A stretch of 64,000 nt of DNA. Origin: Candidatus Heimdallarchaeota archaeon. GTDB lineage: Archaea > Asgardarchaeota > Heimdallarchaeia > Heimdallarchaeales > Heimdallarchaeaceae. The first letter of the stretch is position 1. The number at the start of each line of letters is the position of its first letter. Below are positions 18,228-28,921 of the stretch, piece by piece. Both the position numbers and the translations under genes were made by a program. The stretch covers positions 1 through 64,000 of the forward strand of contig JAEOTE010000108.1 in NCBI GenBank assembly GCA_016839945.1, in the 5' to 3' direction. Under the pieces are notes generated by a model that saw only the letters and a list, made by a program, of their open reading frames with translations, did not search any database and was not told the DNA's origin.

Positions 18228-19586
18228 ATGCTAGATTTAGATATAAAGACTGATGTTCTCATTGTTGGTGCAGGACCTGCAGGTATCAGTCTTGCCATAA
18301 ATCTTGGAAAAAGAAACATTTCTTGTATTTTAGTGGATCAGAAAACAAAGAAAATGATTGGATATAAACCCTGTGGAGATGCTCTCTCTCTAAAAGCAGC
18401 GGGAATATTATTTGAACTCTGTGGGATCAACCCTCCGAAGGGAGAAGAAATATCAGAGAGGTTGGATACTGCTCATTTTCAACCAACACTAGACTATGAA
18501 TTGAAAATCCATCATTCATCACAAACTGTTGACAGATTGAAATATGGACAACGATTATTGAAAACCTTAATATCAGATTTTCCTTGTGTTGAAATCAAAC
18601 CAAAACACAAGGTTGTTGACACAATTATCGAAGATGGTAAAGTAGTTGGTTGTAGAATTCGTCAAGAGAATGGGAAGATAATAAAGATTTATGCAAAAAT
18701 AGTAGCGGATTGTTCTGGTGTTACAGGCATTGTAAGAAGAAACATCACTGAAGATGTTTCAGATAAGTTTCCTAAGAAGCTGCATAATAAAGAGATAATT
18801 GTTTCTTATAGAGAAATAATCGAATTACCAAAACCTCACAAATATCAAAAACAAATGAGGATAGAATATCATGAAGAGTTACCAGCTCCGGGTTATTTTT
18901 GGATTTTCTCAAAAGGTGAAAAGACTCTAAATATTGGTGTTGGATGGTTAATTAACGATTATAATAAGCAATTTAGTGCAAAGAAAATATGTGAACAGCT
19001 TCGAAACAAATTTTTCCCCAAAGCGAAAATTATCGACGCTGCTGGTGATACTTTAACTGGAAGATTGCCATTATATTCTATGGTTGGAAATGGTTTTATA
19101 ACTTGTGGAGATTCTGCTGCATTAGTTAACCCAATTAGTGGAGAAGGTCATGCTCCTGCCTTATTAAGTGGTTTCTATGCAGCAGAAGTACTTGAACTAG
19201 CAATAAGAAACCAAGACTATAGTGAAGAAGCTTTGTGGGATTTCAATGTGAAAATATGGGATATGTATGGTTATGATGGAGGGTTAGGGATTGCTGTTCA
19301 TAAATTACTAAATTCAGTTCCATTTAGGGATTTTTCATTTCTATTTGAGAAAGAGATAATCTCTCAAAAAGATGTAGACGCAATAATGGATGATTATTCA
19401 GTAAAACTACCAATTTTCCAGAAAATTATCAAGGGACTGAGAAAACCAGTGTTACTCTTTAAGGTTGCAAAGGGATTATTACTTGCTGAAAGGATAAAAA
19501 AACTATCAAAGAATTATCCCAAAAATACAAAGAAATTTTATAGATGGATGAAGAAAATTAAAAGAATAGAAAAAAGAAGAATTTAA
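18228..19586 (+). CDS. Geranylgeranyl reductase family (DGGR-like) flavoprotein
   Basis: GAGPAG, KPCGD, PGYFWIF, GDSAALVNPISGEG. Confidence 0.9.
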   Translation: MLDLDIKTDVLIVGAGPAGISLAINLGKRNISCILVDQKTKKMIGYKPCGDALSLKAAGILFELCGINPPKGEEISERLDTAHFQPTLDYELKIHHSSQTVDRLKYGQRLLKTLISDFPCVEIKPKHKVVDTIIEDGKVVGCRIRQENGKIIKIYAKIVADCSGVTGIVRRNITEDVSDKFPKKLHNKEIIVSYREIIELPKPHKYQKQMRIEYHEELPAPGYFWIFSKGEKTLNIGVGWLINDYNKQFSAKKICEQLRNKFFPKAKIIDAAGDTLTGRLPLYSMVGNGFITCGDSAALVNPISGEGHAPALLSGFYAAEVLELAIRNQDYSEEALWDFNVKIWDMYGYDGGLGIAVHKLLNSVPFRDFSFLFEKEIISQKDVDAIMDDYSVKLPIFQKIIKGLRKPVLLFKVAKGLLLAERIKKLSKNYPKNTKKFYRWMKKIKRIEKRRI

Positions 19587-21445
19587 TCAGTCATAATCCT
19601 TCCATCTTGGATATTTACAATTTTATCACAGACTTTTGCCATTTCTAAATCATGTGTTACTAAAATAACTGTAGTATTTTTCTCCTTAGAAAATCTGCTA
19701 ATTAGTTCTATTACTTTTTGTCCTGTTTGTGAGTCTAAATCTCCAGTTGGTTCATCTGCAAAAAGAACAACTGGATCATTAATCATTGCTCTCGCAATAG
19801 TTACTCTTTGAAGTTGCCCTCCACTTAATTTGATTGGAAATTGATTTTGAAATCTTTCTAGTTCAACTTCTTCGATTAATTCCAATGCTCTTTTTCTAAC
19901 TTCTCTTCTATTTCTACCTACCATTAATCCAGGTAACATAACATTTTCAAGAACTGTCAATTGCGGTATTAGGTTATAGTATTGAAAAATAAAACCCATA
20001 TTCTTTCTTCTAAACATAGATAATTCTGAATCTGATAAAAGATCAATATTCTTACCTAATAGAAAAACAGCTCCTCTACTAGGAGTATCCAAACCAGATA
20101 AAAGATTTAGTAAGGTAGTTTTTCCACTTCCTGAAGGACCAACTATTGATATCATTTCACCTTTTTTCAGCTCTAAATCTACTCCTCGTAATGCGTAAAC
20201 TGTTGAGCCTAATAATCGATATGTTTTGAACAAAGATACTCCTTTTAGTATTATATCAGGGGATACTTCTATTTCAGTTTCTTTCTCATGACTAATTTCA
20301 GATGGGATTGTTTGAAAGTAAGCTAAATCTCTAAACTTATCGGAATAAAATTTGAGAAGTTGAATTTCTGCTAGTGTACTAACAACTATATTGGAGAGAT
20401 CACTTACGTCAGGACTTTGAACATCTGGAACATCTTTGAATTTATTGATAATCTCTAATAAAATCTGGTAAGTGTGTTTTACTCTCTTTTGAATAAAATC
20501 TAGCTTTGAGATATAATCATCACAATTAATCGTACTTTCTAGTAGCATTAAATAATCCATTAGAGGACTATAGTCTAATTTCTCCACTTGCTCAATTAAA
20601 TCTCTTCTAACTTCTGATATCCTTTTAATCTGTTTATGTAAAATCGAGATAACTTGTTGTGTTGAGGATAATAATCCGAAAACTACTCGAAGTATTCTCC
20701 AGAGCTTATCAGTCATTTCTTTTTCAATTTTAGCCACATAATCTTTATCTGTGAATGTCTTTTCAAGTAGATTTATTGCATCTTCAGCTGAATTTAACAT
20801 TGGATTTAAGTTGTTAATACAAGTTTTTCCAAATTGCATTATAACTAGATTTTCTGATATTGTTCTCAGTGGAATGTTACTTTCCTTGTCGTCAACTTCT
20901 CGTTTCAGAATGAGATCTGGCATCATTATTATATCTGCATGTTCTTTTGGAAAATCCCAGATTGTTATAAAACTATTAAGTAGAACATCACTTACATGCT
21001 TTACGACCCTGTCGTCAATATCATTTGCTTTTTCTTCAATTTGTTTAACTAAACTTGAAATATCTTCAGTTTTTGAATTCTTGACTAGTTGAGTTAACAT
21101 TTTAGTAATATCTTTAATTTCGATATTTTGACGAATCTTCTTAGCATATAGTGAACACTCATTTTGACAGTAGTTATGCAGTATTTGTTCTACTTGATTT
21201 ACAACGTTCTTTCTTTGATCTTGATGTTCAACAAGTTCTAAAGGAAATTCACAAGTTATGAATAGAAATGTATTTACTTCAAGAGTTTTGAATGAAGAAG
21301 CTTTCAATTTTCTTGTTAGGTATTTCTTAAATTTTCTAATGAGTACAATTAAAGAATCTCTATTAAGCTTATTAATGAGAATTCCAATCGTTAGTTCAAC
21401 TTGAGGAATTTGAACTTCAGTGGTAGATAAGATTTCTTGTGTCAT
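19583..21445 (-). CDS. LolD/MacB-type ABC ATPase with ~390-aa N-terminal helical extension
   Basis: C-terminal GPSGSGKT, LSGGQ, VLFADEPTG, VTHD. Confidence 0.88.
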   Translation of the reverse strand: MTQEILSTTEVQIPQVELTIGILINKLNRDSLIVLIRKFKKYLTRKLKASSFKTLEVNTFLFITCEFPLELVEHQDQRKNVVNQVEQILHNYCQNECSLYAKKIRQNIEIKDITKMLTQLVKNSKTEDISSLVKQIEEKANDIDDRVVKHVSDVLLNSFITIWDFPKEHADIIMMPDLILKREVDDKESNIPLRTISENLVIMQFGKTCINNLNPMLNSAEDAINLLEKTFTDKDYVAKIEKEMTDKLWRILRVVFGLLSSTQQVISILHKQIKRISEVRRDLIEQVEKLDYSPLMDYLMLLESTINCDDYISKLDFIQKRVKHTYQILLEIINKFKDVPDVQSPDVSDLSNIVVSTLAEIQLLKFYSDKFRDLAYFQTIPSEISHEKETEIEVSPDIILKGVSLFKTYRLLGSTVYALRGVDLELKKGEMISIVGPSGSGKTTLLNLLSGLDTPSRGAVFLLGKNIDLLSDSELSMFRRKNMGFIFQYYNLIPQLTVLENVMLPGLMVGRNRREVRKRALELIEEVELERFQNQFPIKLSGGQLQRVTIARAMINDPVVLFADEPTGDLDSQTGQKVIELISRFSKEKNTTVILVTHDLEMAKVCDKIVNIQDGRIMTD

Positions 21446-22143
21446 TTCCTACCATCTCCATAATCAACTATTTCTCCGTCAACTATTCTTATGATTCTGT
21501 GACAAAAACTAGCAATATATTCGGAATGAGTAACAACTAAGAAAGTTTGTTTGTAATTTTCATTAATTGAGACAAAAAGATTCATAATTTCAGTAGATGT
21601 ATCTTGATCGAGGTCACCAGTAGGTTCATCTCCTAATATTATAGCAGGAGACATTAACAATGCTCTAGAAACGGCGACCCTTTGTTGTTCCCCGCCACTT
21701 AACTCATTTGGGAGATGATAAATTTTATCTCCAAGTCCCATTTGTCTCAACATCATCTTAGCTTCTTCTTCAGCTTCAAGACGAGTTGTTTCTGTTAATA
21801 ATAATGGAAGAACAGTATTCTCAAGAGCAGACAAAAATTCAAAGAGGTTGAATAACTGAAAAATGTATCCGATATTTCTTAATCTAAAATTTGTCATGTC
21901 AATATCAGTTAGTAGACTTATGTCTTGATTTTCAATGTATATTTTTCCGCTAGTAGGTTGATCAATACCTCCTAAAAGGTTTAGAAGCGTCGTTTTACCG
22001 CATCCTGAAGGTCCCATGATTCCAACCATTTCTCCTCTTTTAATTTCAATATCAATACCATTTAACGCATGAACTTCCATTGGTGTATCTTGAGCATATA
22101 TCTTATGGAGATTTTCAGTTTTTACTATAATATCATCTATCAT
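21442..22143 (-). CDS. LolD/MacB-type ABC ATPase
   Basis: GPSGCGKT, LSGGEQQR, DEPTG, VTH. Confidence 0.95.
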   Translation of the reverse strand: MIDDIIVKTENLHKIYAQDTPMEVHALNGIDIEIKRGEMVGIMGPSGCGKTTLLNLLGGIDQPTSGKIYIENQDISLLTDIDMTNFRLRNIGYIFQLFNLFEFLSALENTVLPLLLTETTRLEAEEEAKMMLRQMGLGDKIYHLPNELSGGEQQRVAVSRALLMSPAIILGDEPTGDLDQDTSTEIMNLFVSINENYKQTFLVVTHSEYIASFCHRIIRIVDGEIVDYGDGRK

Positions 22144-22149
22144 TTTATA

Positions 22150-25100
22150 TCACCCAACATACCTTATTGCTTCTGCAGGAGTAATTTGGCTTGCTCTTAT
22201 TCCTGGAATTATTGAAGCTAGAAGTGCTATTCCTATCATTATTCCCGTATATATTAGAACTCTCACAACTGGAATGATTAACAGCCAGTCGAATACTCTG
22301 GCTAAAGCCCATCCTAGTAGTACGCTATTTACTATTCCCATAACTAAACCAAGAATTGCTAAGATGAACAATTCTATCATTATTGATTGAATGATTTGCC
22401 TTTTCTTGTATCCAATAGCTCTCATCATACCTATTTCTCGACGTCTTTCAGATACATTTCTAACAGCAATAATCACCATTCCTAGAGCTCCAACAACTAA
22501 ACCAAAACTAACAAAATATTGCATGAAATCAAATGTTCTTACTTGGAAATCAACTATCTCTAACATCTCATCCCAAACATTTGTTGCTGAAGCTGCTACA
22601 AAATCCTCTGTTTGAATTAGAACAGAATCATTCCCATTAAAGAATTCTTCAATTTTTTCTGCAATGATTGAATTTCTTCCAGTTCTGAATTCTTCATTAG
22701 TGCTTACAAGATATTTAGTATGTTTTGGATAGAGTGCGAAGTTAAGATATAGAAATGGATACAAATCTGGAGTAATGAGCAAAGCAGGAAAACTACTGCT
22801 TATGCTGAAAGGATATAAGCGCATAGTAGCCAAAACTATTACTTCTGTAGGATTTCCATAGAAGTTTGTTATATTGAACACATCACCAGGCATGAATATC
22901 ATGCTGGTTGAGATAACAGTTGGAAGTCCATCTACGTTATCAATAAAACCTTCTTTATTGAATTTAGTTCTGTTGTAGAAGAAATCCCATATTTCATGAC
23001 TATATTCACGTTGGTAACTTTCAGGAGCCGCTGGTTTATATTTTTCATTGAGTTGTGTAACTGATTGTTCAAAAATAAAATCAAATGTATAGTCATCACC
23101 TGTTTTAAAAGTATCATTGTAAATAAGATCTATAACACTTGGGAAGAAGTCAGTCGGTATTTCTAAATCTTCTACATCTTCATCCGTTTGTATGAAAGCA
23201 AGGGTTGAATTTATTCCTTGAACATTAGTAATTGAATCATCAACTTGGTATAAATCCTCTTCCACATTAATAAGAGAAATATTAGCAACTGGTGTATCTA
23301 GTTCAACAAAAATAGATGCGCCACCACTTAGAAATTCAACAGATTCTAATGTATTGTAAGCAAATGTTGACTGATATACACTTGCAAAAATATTCATTGT
23401 TAAAACTAGAGTAAATATTCCGAAGGTTAATGTACTTCTTATTGCTTTTGAGGTCATATATTTACTTGCTATTAATGAAACACCTTTTTTCATTCTTGTT
23501 CGGTATAAAATATTTCTAATGAAATTCGTAACAGCTGAAAGATTAACTCCAACCCATATAATAGTACCTAATGCCAAAACTATAGCAAGAGTGATTAATA
23601 TTTTGTTATTCTCTCGTAAATCTGTTAATTGTGGTAAAGATAACAGGAGCATGAAAACTGCAATTAGAATGAATGTTAAGCCAATTCCATTACTCATTAT
23701 TTTCTTTGAAAAGAAATAGCCAAGAAGTATACTTATACCTAATAGAATTCCTGCTGAAGCTCCCATGAATGTCCATTGTTCTACTGCTGTATTCCACCCA
23801 TTTGCAGTGAAAAATGAATCAAAAATCAGTAAATGAGTCGTAAAAACACTGATTCCTGCTAGTATGAAAGCTATTCCCACTGCTAGAGAAACATTGCCAG
23901 CTCTTTTCCTACTAACTTTCTTTATTCCTCTAATTACTTCGATTACATCAACTCGTGATGCGCGAATTGCAGGAAAAATTCCAGCTCCAATTGCTAGAAT
24001 TAAACCTATTGCAAGAGAGTATCCTATTGCTCCCCAAGTTACAACTGGTTGCAAAATAGCTTCCCCATCGAAGAATGTTTTTCCAATTTGCCAAACAAGG
24101 AATCTTGACATTCCATACCCACCAGCAACACCTAGGAATGAACCCAAAAAACCTAAAATTGCAGATTCTAGCAAAATCATTCTTATAATTTCTCTTTTTC
24201 TAGAACCAATAGCTCTAAGAATGCCTAGTTGATTTATACGATCTTCGACTTGAATAAGTTGGATATTTACTAGAAGCAATACACCTGAGAAAATAATAAG
24301 AGACCCAAACAAATTAAATGCGAGAAGTACGTCTTGCAAGACTTCATCTGCTGTTTCTAATATCAAAGCTCGAAAGGCTATAACTATGACATTATCTCCT
24401 TCTAACAGTTCTATTAACTCATCTTCAACTTCTTTTGCATACTCATTACTTACAGGAAATTCCTCATGATTGCTACTTAATGATATACTTATCTCACTAC
24501 ATTCATTTGGACCAAAGCCAACTATTGACCTCATATTATCTATACTTGTCCATACAGTTCTCCCACCTAGTTCCTTTCCTTTTCCCTCCTCCTTAACTAA
24601 CTTGACAACTGTTACATCAAAAGTTTTGTAGTCAAATACTAGAGATGTTGCATTTAGCTCTCCAACACGGATTTTCATAACAGAATTGAGTGTTACATTT
24701 AGATCTTCAGCAAAAGTATCGCTGATCATAATATTAGTTTCATTTGAAAAAATATTGGAAAGCTCTGATTGGGAGATTATTGAACCATTTATATCATAGA
24801 ATGAATCAAAAACAGGATCTTCATCTAACTCTATACCCGTATAACTAACTCCTTTTTCTAGTTCACCTGACTCCAAATTATAGATCGCGACACTTTGACT
24901 TATCCGCGCATTAATAGCCGTATAATTTATTGAAGAAGAATCAATTTTATCAATAATGTTCTGATAGTCTTGTATAGGGAAACTAAACCCTGTTATAATT
25001 ATATCAATTTCACCTACTGCTTCAATAAAGAAATCAATAGCTTCTGAAGCAAAACTAGTGATTGTAATCTGAACTCCCACCATTAAACTAACGCCTAAAG

Positions 25101-25188
25101 ATATAGCTATCAATGTACCTACATTCTTTCCTAGTCTTCGTTTGAATGTTTTTTGGATAAGCGTCCCTATGTAGCTCATATCTTTCAC
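22150..25188 (-). CDS. FtsX/MacB-like ABC permease (two FtsX repeats)
   Basis: Two ER/DR-x-x-x-G-x-L/M-RAIG motifs and two large extracytoplasmic loops. Confidence 0.92.
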   Translation of the reverse strand: MKDMSYIGTLIQKTFKRRLGKNVGTLIAISLGVSLMVGVQITITSFASEAIDFFIEAVGEIDIIITGFSFPIQDYQNIIDKIDSSSINYTAINARISQSVAIYNLESGELEKGVSYTGIELDEDPVFDSFYDINGSIISQSELSNIFSNETNIMISDTFAEDLNVTLNSVMKIRVGELNATSLVFDYKTFDVTVVKLVKEEGKGKELGGRTVWTSIDNMRSIVGFGPNECSEISISLSSNHEEFPVSNEYAKEVEDELIELLEGDNVIVIAFRALILETADEVLQDVLLAFNLFGSLIIFSGVLLLVNIQLIQVEDRINQLGILRAIGSRKREIIRMILLESAILGFLGSFLGVAGGYGMSRFLVWQIGKTFFDGEAILQPVVTWGAIGYSLAIGLILAIGAGIFPAIRASRVDVIEVIRGIKKVSRKRAGNVSLAVGIAFILAGISVFTTHLLIFDSFFTANGWNTAVEQWTFMGASAGILLGISILLGYFFSKKIMSNGIGLTFILIAVFMLLLSLPQLTDLRENNKILITLAIVLALGTIIWVGVNLSAVTNFIRNILYRTRMKKGVSLIASKYMTSKAIRSTLTFGIFTLVLTMNIFASVYQSTFAYNTLESVEFLSGGASIFVELDTPVANISLINVEEDLYQVDDSITNVQGINSTLAFIQTDEDVEDLEIPTDFFPSVIDLIYNDTFKTGDDYTFDFIFEQSVTQLNEKYKPAAPESYQREYSHEIWDFFYNRTKFNKEGFIDNVDGLPTVISTSMIFMPGDVFNITNFYGNPTEVIVLATMRLYPFSISSSFPALLITPDLYPFLYLNFALYPKHTKYLVSTNEEFRTGRNSIIAEKIEEFFNGNDSVLIQTEDFVAASATNVWDEMLEIVDFQVRTFDFMQYFVSFGLVVGALGMVIIAVRNVSERRREIGMMRAIGYKKRQIIQSIMIELFILAILGLVMGIVNSVLLGWALARVFDWLLIIPVVRVLIYTGIMIGIALLASIIPGIRASQITPAEAIRYVG

Positions 25189-25314
25189 TCTATTCAGATA
25201 AACCTTAACGAAATTAATATTCTACTATGGTATTTAAAACATTATTTATGTCAATATTTTCGTGTTTTTCTTTGAAAACTAAATATTCTTAAATTAAATA
25301 AAAAATCAAATTTT

Positions 25315-25875
25315 ATGAAAGAGATACTTGAAAAAGGTTCCCCATTTATAGGAGAAAAAGTAAAATTACGCCCAATAGAAAAATCAGATATAGACAAAAT
25401 TATGGAACATTGGAATACTTACGAATCTAGGATATTTCTAGGAACCATTATTCCTATGTCAAGCATGATGGAAGAGGATTGGATTAATAGTGTTCATCAA
25501 AGAAGAAAAAAAATGGAAGCTTTCTATTTTGCAATTGAAGACAAAGAAACCAAAGAATTTCTTGGAACATGTGGTTTAGAGAGTATCTTCTGGACCTCAC
25601 GATCAGCTGTTTTAGGAATTGCCATTCACAATCCTGAAAACCATAACAAAGGTTTTGGAACAGATACAATGAAATGCTTATTGAAATTTGGTTTTAACAT
25701 TTTGAATTTAAACCGCATTGAACTTTGGGTAATGGAATACAACAAAAGAGCAATACATGTTTATGAAAAAATAGGTTTTCAAGAGATTGGCAAGAAAAGG
25801 CAAGGACATTTTATACAAGGCTCTTATCATGATATCATTGTAATGGATATCTTAAAATCAGATTTTGATGAGTAA
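25315..25875 (+). CDS. GNAT acetyltransferase (RimJ/RimL/SpeG-like)
   Basis: KGFGT acetyl-CoA motif; NKRAIHVYEKIGF. Confidence 0.92.
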   Translation: MKEILEKGSPFIGEKVKLRPIEKSDIDKIMEHWNTYESRIFLGTIIPMSSMMEEDWINSVHQRRKKMEAFYFAIEDKETKEFLGTCGLESIFWTSRSAVLGIAIHNPENHNKGFGTDTMKCLLKFGFNILNLNRIELWVMEYNKRAIHVYEKIGFQEIGKKRQGHFIQGSYHDIIVMDILKSDFDE

Positions 25876-25897
25876 AAAAGAAGTGTAAAACACTTCT

Positions 25898-26956
25898 CTA
25901 TATTTTACAGAAATTAACGACTAATTTTATTGCATTTTCGATATCTTCTACATTGAGAAGACCTGCACTAGCATGGATATATCTACAAGGTACAGCAACA
26001 ACACCTGATGGTATTCCAGACCTTGTCAATGAAATACTACCTGCATCTGTTCCACCTGTTACTGATTTCTTGTATTGCCATTTTATATCATCTATTTCTG
26101 CTGCTTTTTTTATTCGATCAATGATTGTTTTTGGAACAATTAGTGATCTATCAGCTGTTGTAATTGCTGGGCCTTCACCAATCTTTGTAGATACTTTTGG
26201 AATACTAACGTTGGGTACATCATTTGCTGATGTATTTTCGATTGCCAGTGCTATGTTTGGTTCAAGTGTATATGCTGCAGCTTTGGCTCCTCTTAATCCC
26301 ACTTCTTCTTGTACTGCAAAATTGATTAAAAGTGTATTTGGTATTTTCTCCCCTTTTAGTGATTCTAGAACCTGGAGTATAATATTGCATCCTGTTCTAT
26401 CATCAAAGGCTTTTCCTAATAGAATATCTTCATTCAACTGAATACATTCAATGTAGAAAGTTCCTACTGAACCTATATCTAATTTCCTTTCTATAACCTC
26501 TTCTTTTGTTTTGCAACCGATATCAACAAACATCTCAGTTATGTCTGGAACTTTTTCTCTCTCATCTGGTTTGGTGAAATGAGGTGGTGTTGAACTAACA
26601 ACTCCAATTGTACGTTCTCTGTCCTCGTTTTGAAATTGTAATAAAGTGCTTAACATTAATCGTTTATCTACCCCTCCTAAGGGAGTTATATAGATGAATC
26701 CATCATCAGAAATATGAGTAATCATAAAACCTACTTCATCAACATGAGCATCTAGTAGAATCCTTAGTCCATTTGGATCTGAACCTTCCTTTATTGCTAA
26801 AACATTACCTAAGGGATCTATCCAAGCTTTATCTACATCAAGTTGCTCGAGTTTGAGGAGTAAATAATCTGTCACCTCTTCTTCACGTCCAGGGCACCCT
26901 ATTAGATTGCTCAGCTCCTTCTGTATTGTTATAATATTTTCACGATTCACATTCAT
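25898..26956 (-). CDS. M42 (TET) aminopeptidase
   Basis: AHVDE, KAFDDR, QEEVGLRGA, GGTDA, RYIH. Confidence 0.93.
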   Translation of the reverse strand: MNVNRENIITIQKELSNLIGCPGREEEVTDYLLLKLEQLDVDKAWIDPLGNVLAIKEGSDPNGLRILLDAHVDEVGFMITHISDDGFIYITPLGGVDKRLMLSTLLQFQNEDRERTIGVVSSTPPHFTKPDEREKVPDITEMFVDIGCKTKEEVIERKLDIGSVGTFYIECIQLNEDILLGKAFDDRTGCNIILQVLESLKGEKIPNTLLINFAVQEEVGLRGAKAAAYTLEPNIALAIENTSANDVPNVSIPKVSTKIGEGPAITTADRSLIVPKTIIDRIKKAAEIDDIKWQYKKSVTGGTDAGSISLTRSGIPSGVVAVPCRYIHASAGLLNVEDIENAIKLVVNFCKI

Positions 26957-27084
26957 TTTAAACTCACTTTAGTATTTGTAGTAGTCATTTAAAAGTTTCT
27001 TCAAAGCAACTATAACTTATTCACTGGAAAATTCGATGAGTAGTAATCTTTATTTAATGATTTTTTTCAAGGTTTTTGATAAAT

Positions 27085-27885
27085 ATGAAAATCGTTGTGT
27101 TCATAAGTCAAATTGTCAACCCTCAAGTTAAACTACAAGGTGTTGATTACTTTGATTCATCACGAGTAAATGAAGATGATTTAATTATCAACCCATATGG
27201 AAAGAATGCTATAGAAGGTGCTTTAAAACTTAAGGAAATACTAGGTGCAGACGTTACAGCTGTCTGTTCTAAAGGTTTAAAGCCTAATAAAGCTCTTCGA
27301 GAAGCAATCGCAATGGGTTGTGATAATGCAATAGAAGTTGCAGATGAAACATTTTACACAGAAGATCCACTAATTTTAGCTAAAATTTACACTAATATCT
27401 TAGAAAAAATAGAAGAATTTGATTTAGTTCTTCTTGGGGTTGAAGAACAATCTACTAGTTCTTACGCAACTGCTGCAATGCTAGCAGAAAAACTCAATCT
27501 CCCAAGTGTGCTTTACGCAGAAGAAATAGAAATTCAAGGAGATAAATTAAGAGTTGGTCATGTTTTAGAAGGTGGAAGAAAAATTGTTGAAATGCCTATG
27601 AAAGGAATTATCAGTTGTAGTGATAGTCAATTTTTCATTCCAAGATATACAACTATGAAAGGTATCTTAAACGCAAAAAGAGCTGAAATTCCTATCTGGA
27701 ATGCAGCTGATATTGGAGTTAGCGCAAGTGTTGTTGGAGAAGAAGCAGCTTCTCTTAAACAAATATCTCTTTCTAATATAGTTATTGAAAAAGAAAGCTT
27801 CATCATAAAGGAAGGGGAACCTGAAGAGCAAGTTGATAAACTTCTTGCGAAATTGAAAGAGGATGGAGTTAAACTAGGAGTGTGA
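27085..27885 (+). CDS. fixA: Electron transfer flavoprotein beta subunit
   Basis: INPY..A.E.AL.LKE, LREAIAMGCD, PRY...GI..AK. Confidence 0.88.
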   Translation: MKIVVFISQIVNPQVKLQGVDYFDSSRVNEDDLIINPYGKNAIEGALKLKEILGADVTAVCSKGLKPNKALREAIAMGCDNAIEVADETFYTEDPLILAKIYTNILEKIEEFDLVLLGVEEQSTSSYATAAMLAEKLNLPSVLYAEEIEIQGDKLRVGHVLEGGRKIVEMPMKGIISCSDSQFFIPRYTTMKGILNAKRAEIPIWNAADIGVSASVVGEEAASLKQISLSNIVIEKESFIIKEGEPEEQVDKLLAKLKEDGVKLGV

Positions 27886-27886
27886 T

Positions 27887-28852
27887 ATGAAGATGAAAGC
27901 GTTAATATTCTTACAAATAAGAGAAGATCTTGTTGAAGAAAATACTCTAGGAATCCTTAATAAATTAATTGAAACCAATCCAAGCATTGAAATTCATGGA
28001 GCTCTCTTAAGAGATCAAATTAAGAGTGAGTGGGTTGAGGAAGCTGGAAAACATGGAGTTAAAAAAATCCATACTGTGAAAGCATCTGAACTAGAAGTAT
28101 ATCTAAGTATACCCTATGTAAAATCTATGCTTGAAATCATAAAAGATATTGAACCAAATCTAGTTATAGCTGCTGGTACAGTATATGGTGAGGATCTAAT
28201 TCCTAGACTTGCAGTACAACACGGAGTTTCATGTGCAGAAAGAATCACTGATATTACTTTTGATAGTGGAGAAATTATATTCCATTCTCCTGTCAGAGAC
28301 GATCAAGTAATGAAAGCAACTAAAATTGTTGGACCAATCAAATTTGCAACTACTAGAACAGGAGCTTTCTTTGTAAATGAGAATCCATCTGGTAGTTCTC
28401 CAGAGGTAACAGAAGTATCAGTTACTTTTGATGAAGATGATATGGTTGTAAAACATATTGAAATCAAAAAAGCTGAGAGAACTGTAAATCTTAAAGATGC
28501 AAAAGTAATTGTTGCAGGTGGTCGTGGAGTTGGAGGAAAAGAAAACTTCCAAATAATCAAAGAAATCGCTAAATTGCTTGATGGTGAAATTGGAGCGACA
28601 AGAGCATGCACAGATGTTCATTGGATAGAAGAAACATATGAAATTGGGCAAACAGGTCAGTCTGTTTCTCCAGATTTGTACATTGGTGCAGGAATCAGTG
28701 GAGCTCCTCAACATATGTCAGGAATTAAAGCAAAAACATTGATTGCAATTAATACTGATGAAGGTGCTCCAATCTTTAATTATGCTGATTATGGTATAGT
28801 TGGAGATATGCACTTGATTTTACCAATTTTAAAGAAGAAGTTAGAAGGATAG
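27887..28852 (+). CDS. fixB: Electron transfer flavoprotein alpha subunit
   Basis: GGRGVG, GATRA, IGQTG, YIGAGISGAPQH, INTD...PIF..ADYGIVGD. Confidence 0.93.
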   Translation: MKMKALIFLQIREDLVEENTLGILNKLIETNPSIEIHGALLRDQIKSEWVEEAGKHGVKKIHTVKASELEVYLSIPYVKSMLEIIKDIEPNLVIAAGTVYGEDLIPRLAVQHGVSCAERITDITFDSGEIIFHSPVRDDQVMKATKIVGPIKFATTRTGAFFVNENPSGSSPEVTEVSVTFDEDDMVVKHIEIKKAERTVNLKDAKVIVAGGRGVGGKENFQIIKEIAKLLDGEIGATRACTDVHWIEETYEIGQTGQSVSPDLYIGAGISGAPQHMSGIKAKTLIAINTDEGAPIFNYADYGIVGDMHLILPILKKKLEG

Positions 28853-28854
28853 AC

Positions 28855-28881
28855 TTATTCCTTTCTTTTTTCCTTTATTTT
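28855..28881 (+). terminator. Putative archaeal T-rich terminator after fixB
   Basis: Pyrimidine tract TTATTCCTTTCTTTTTTCCTTTATTTT directly after the stop. Confidence 0.5.
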
Positions 28882-28921
28882 ATAAAAAAAGTTTAAATAA
28901 ATTCATTTTGAGTTATCAGCT

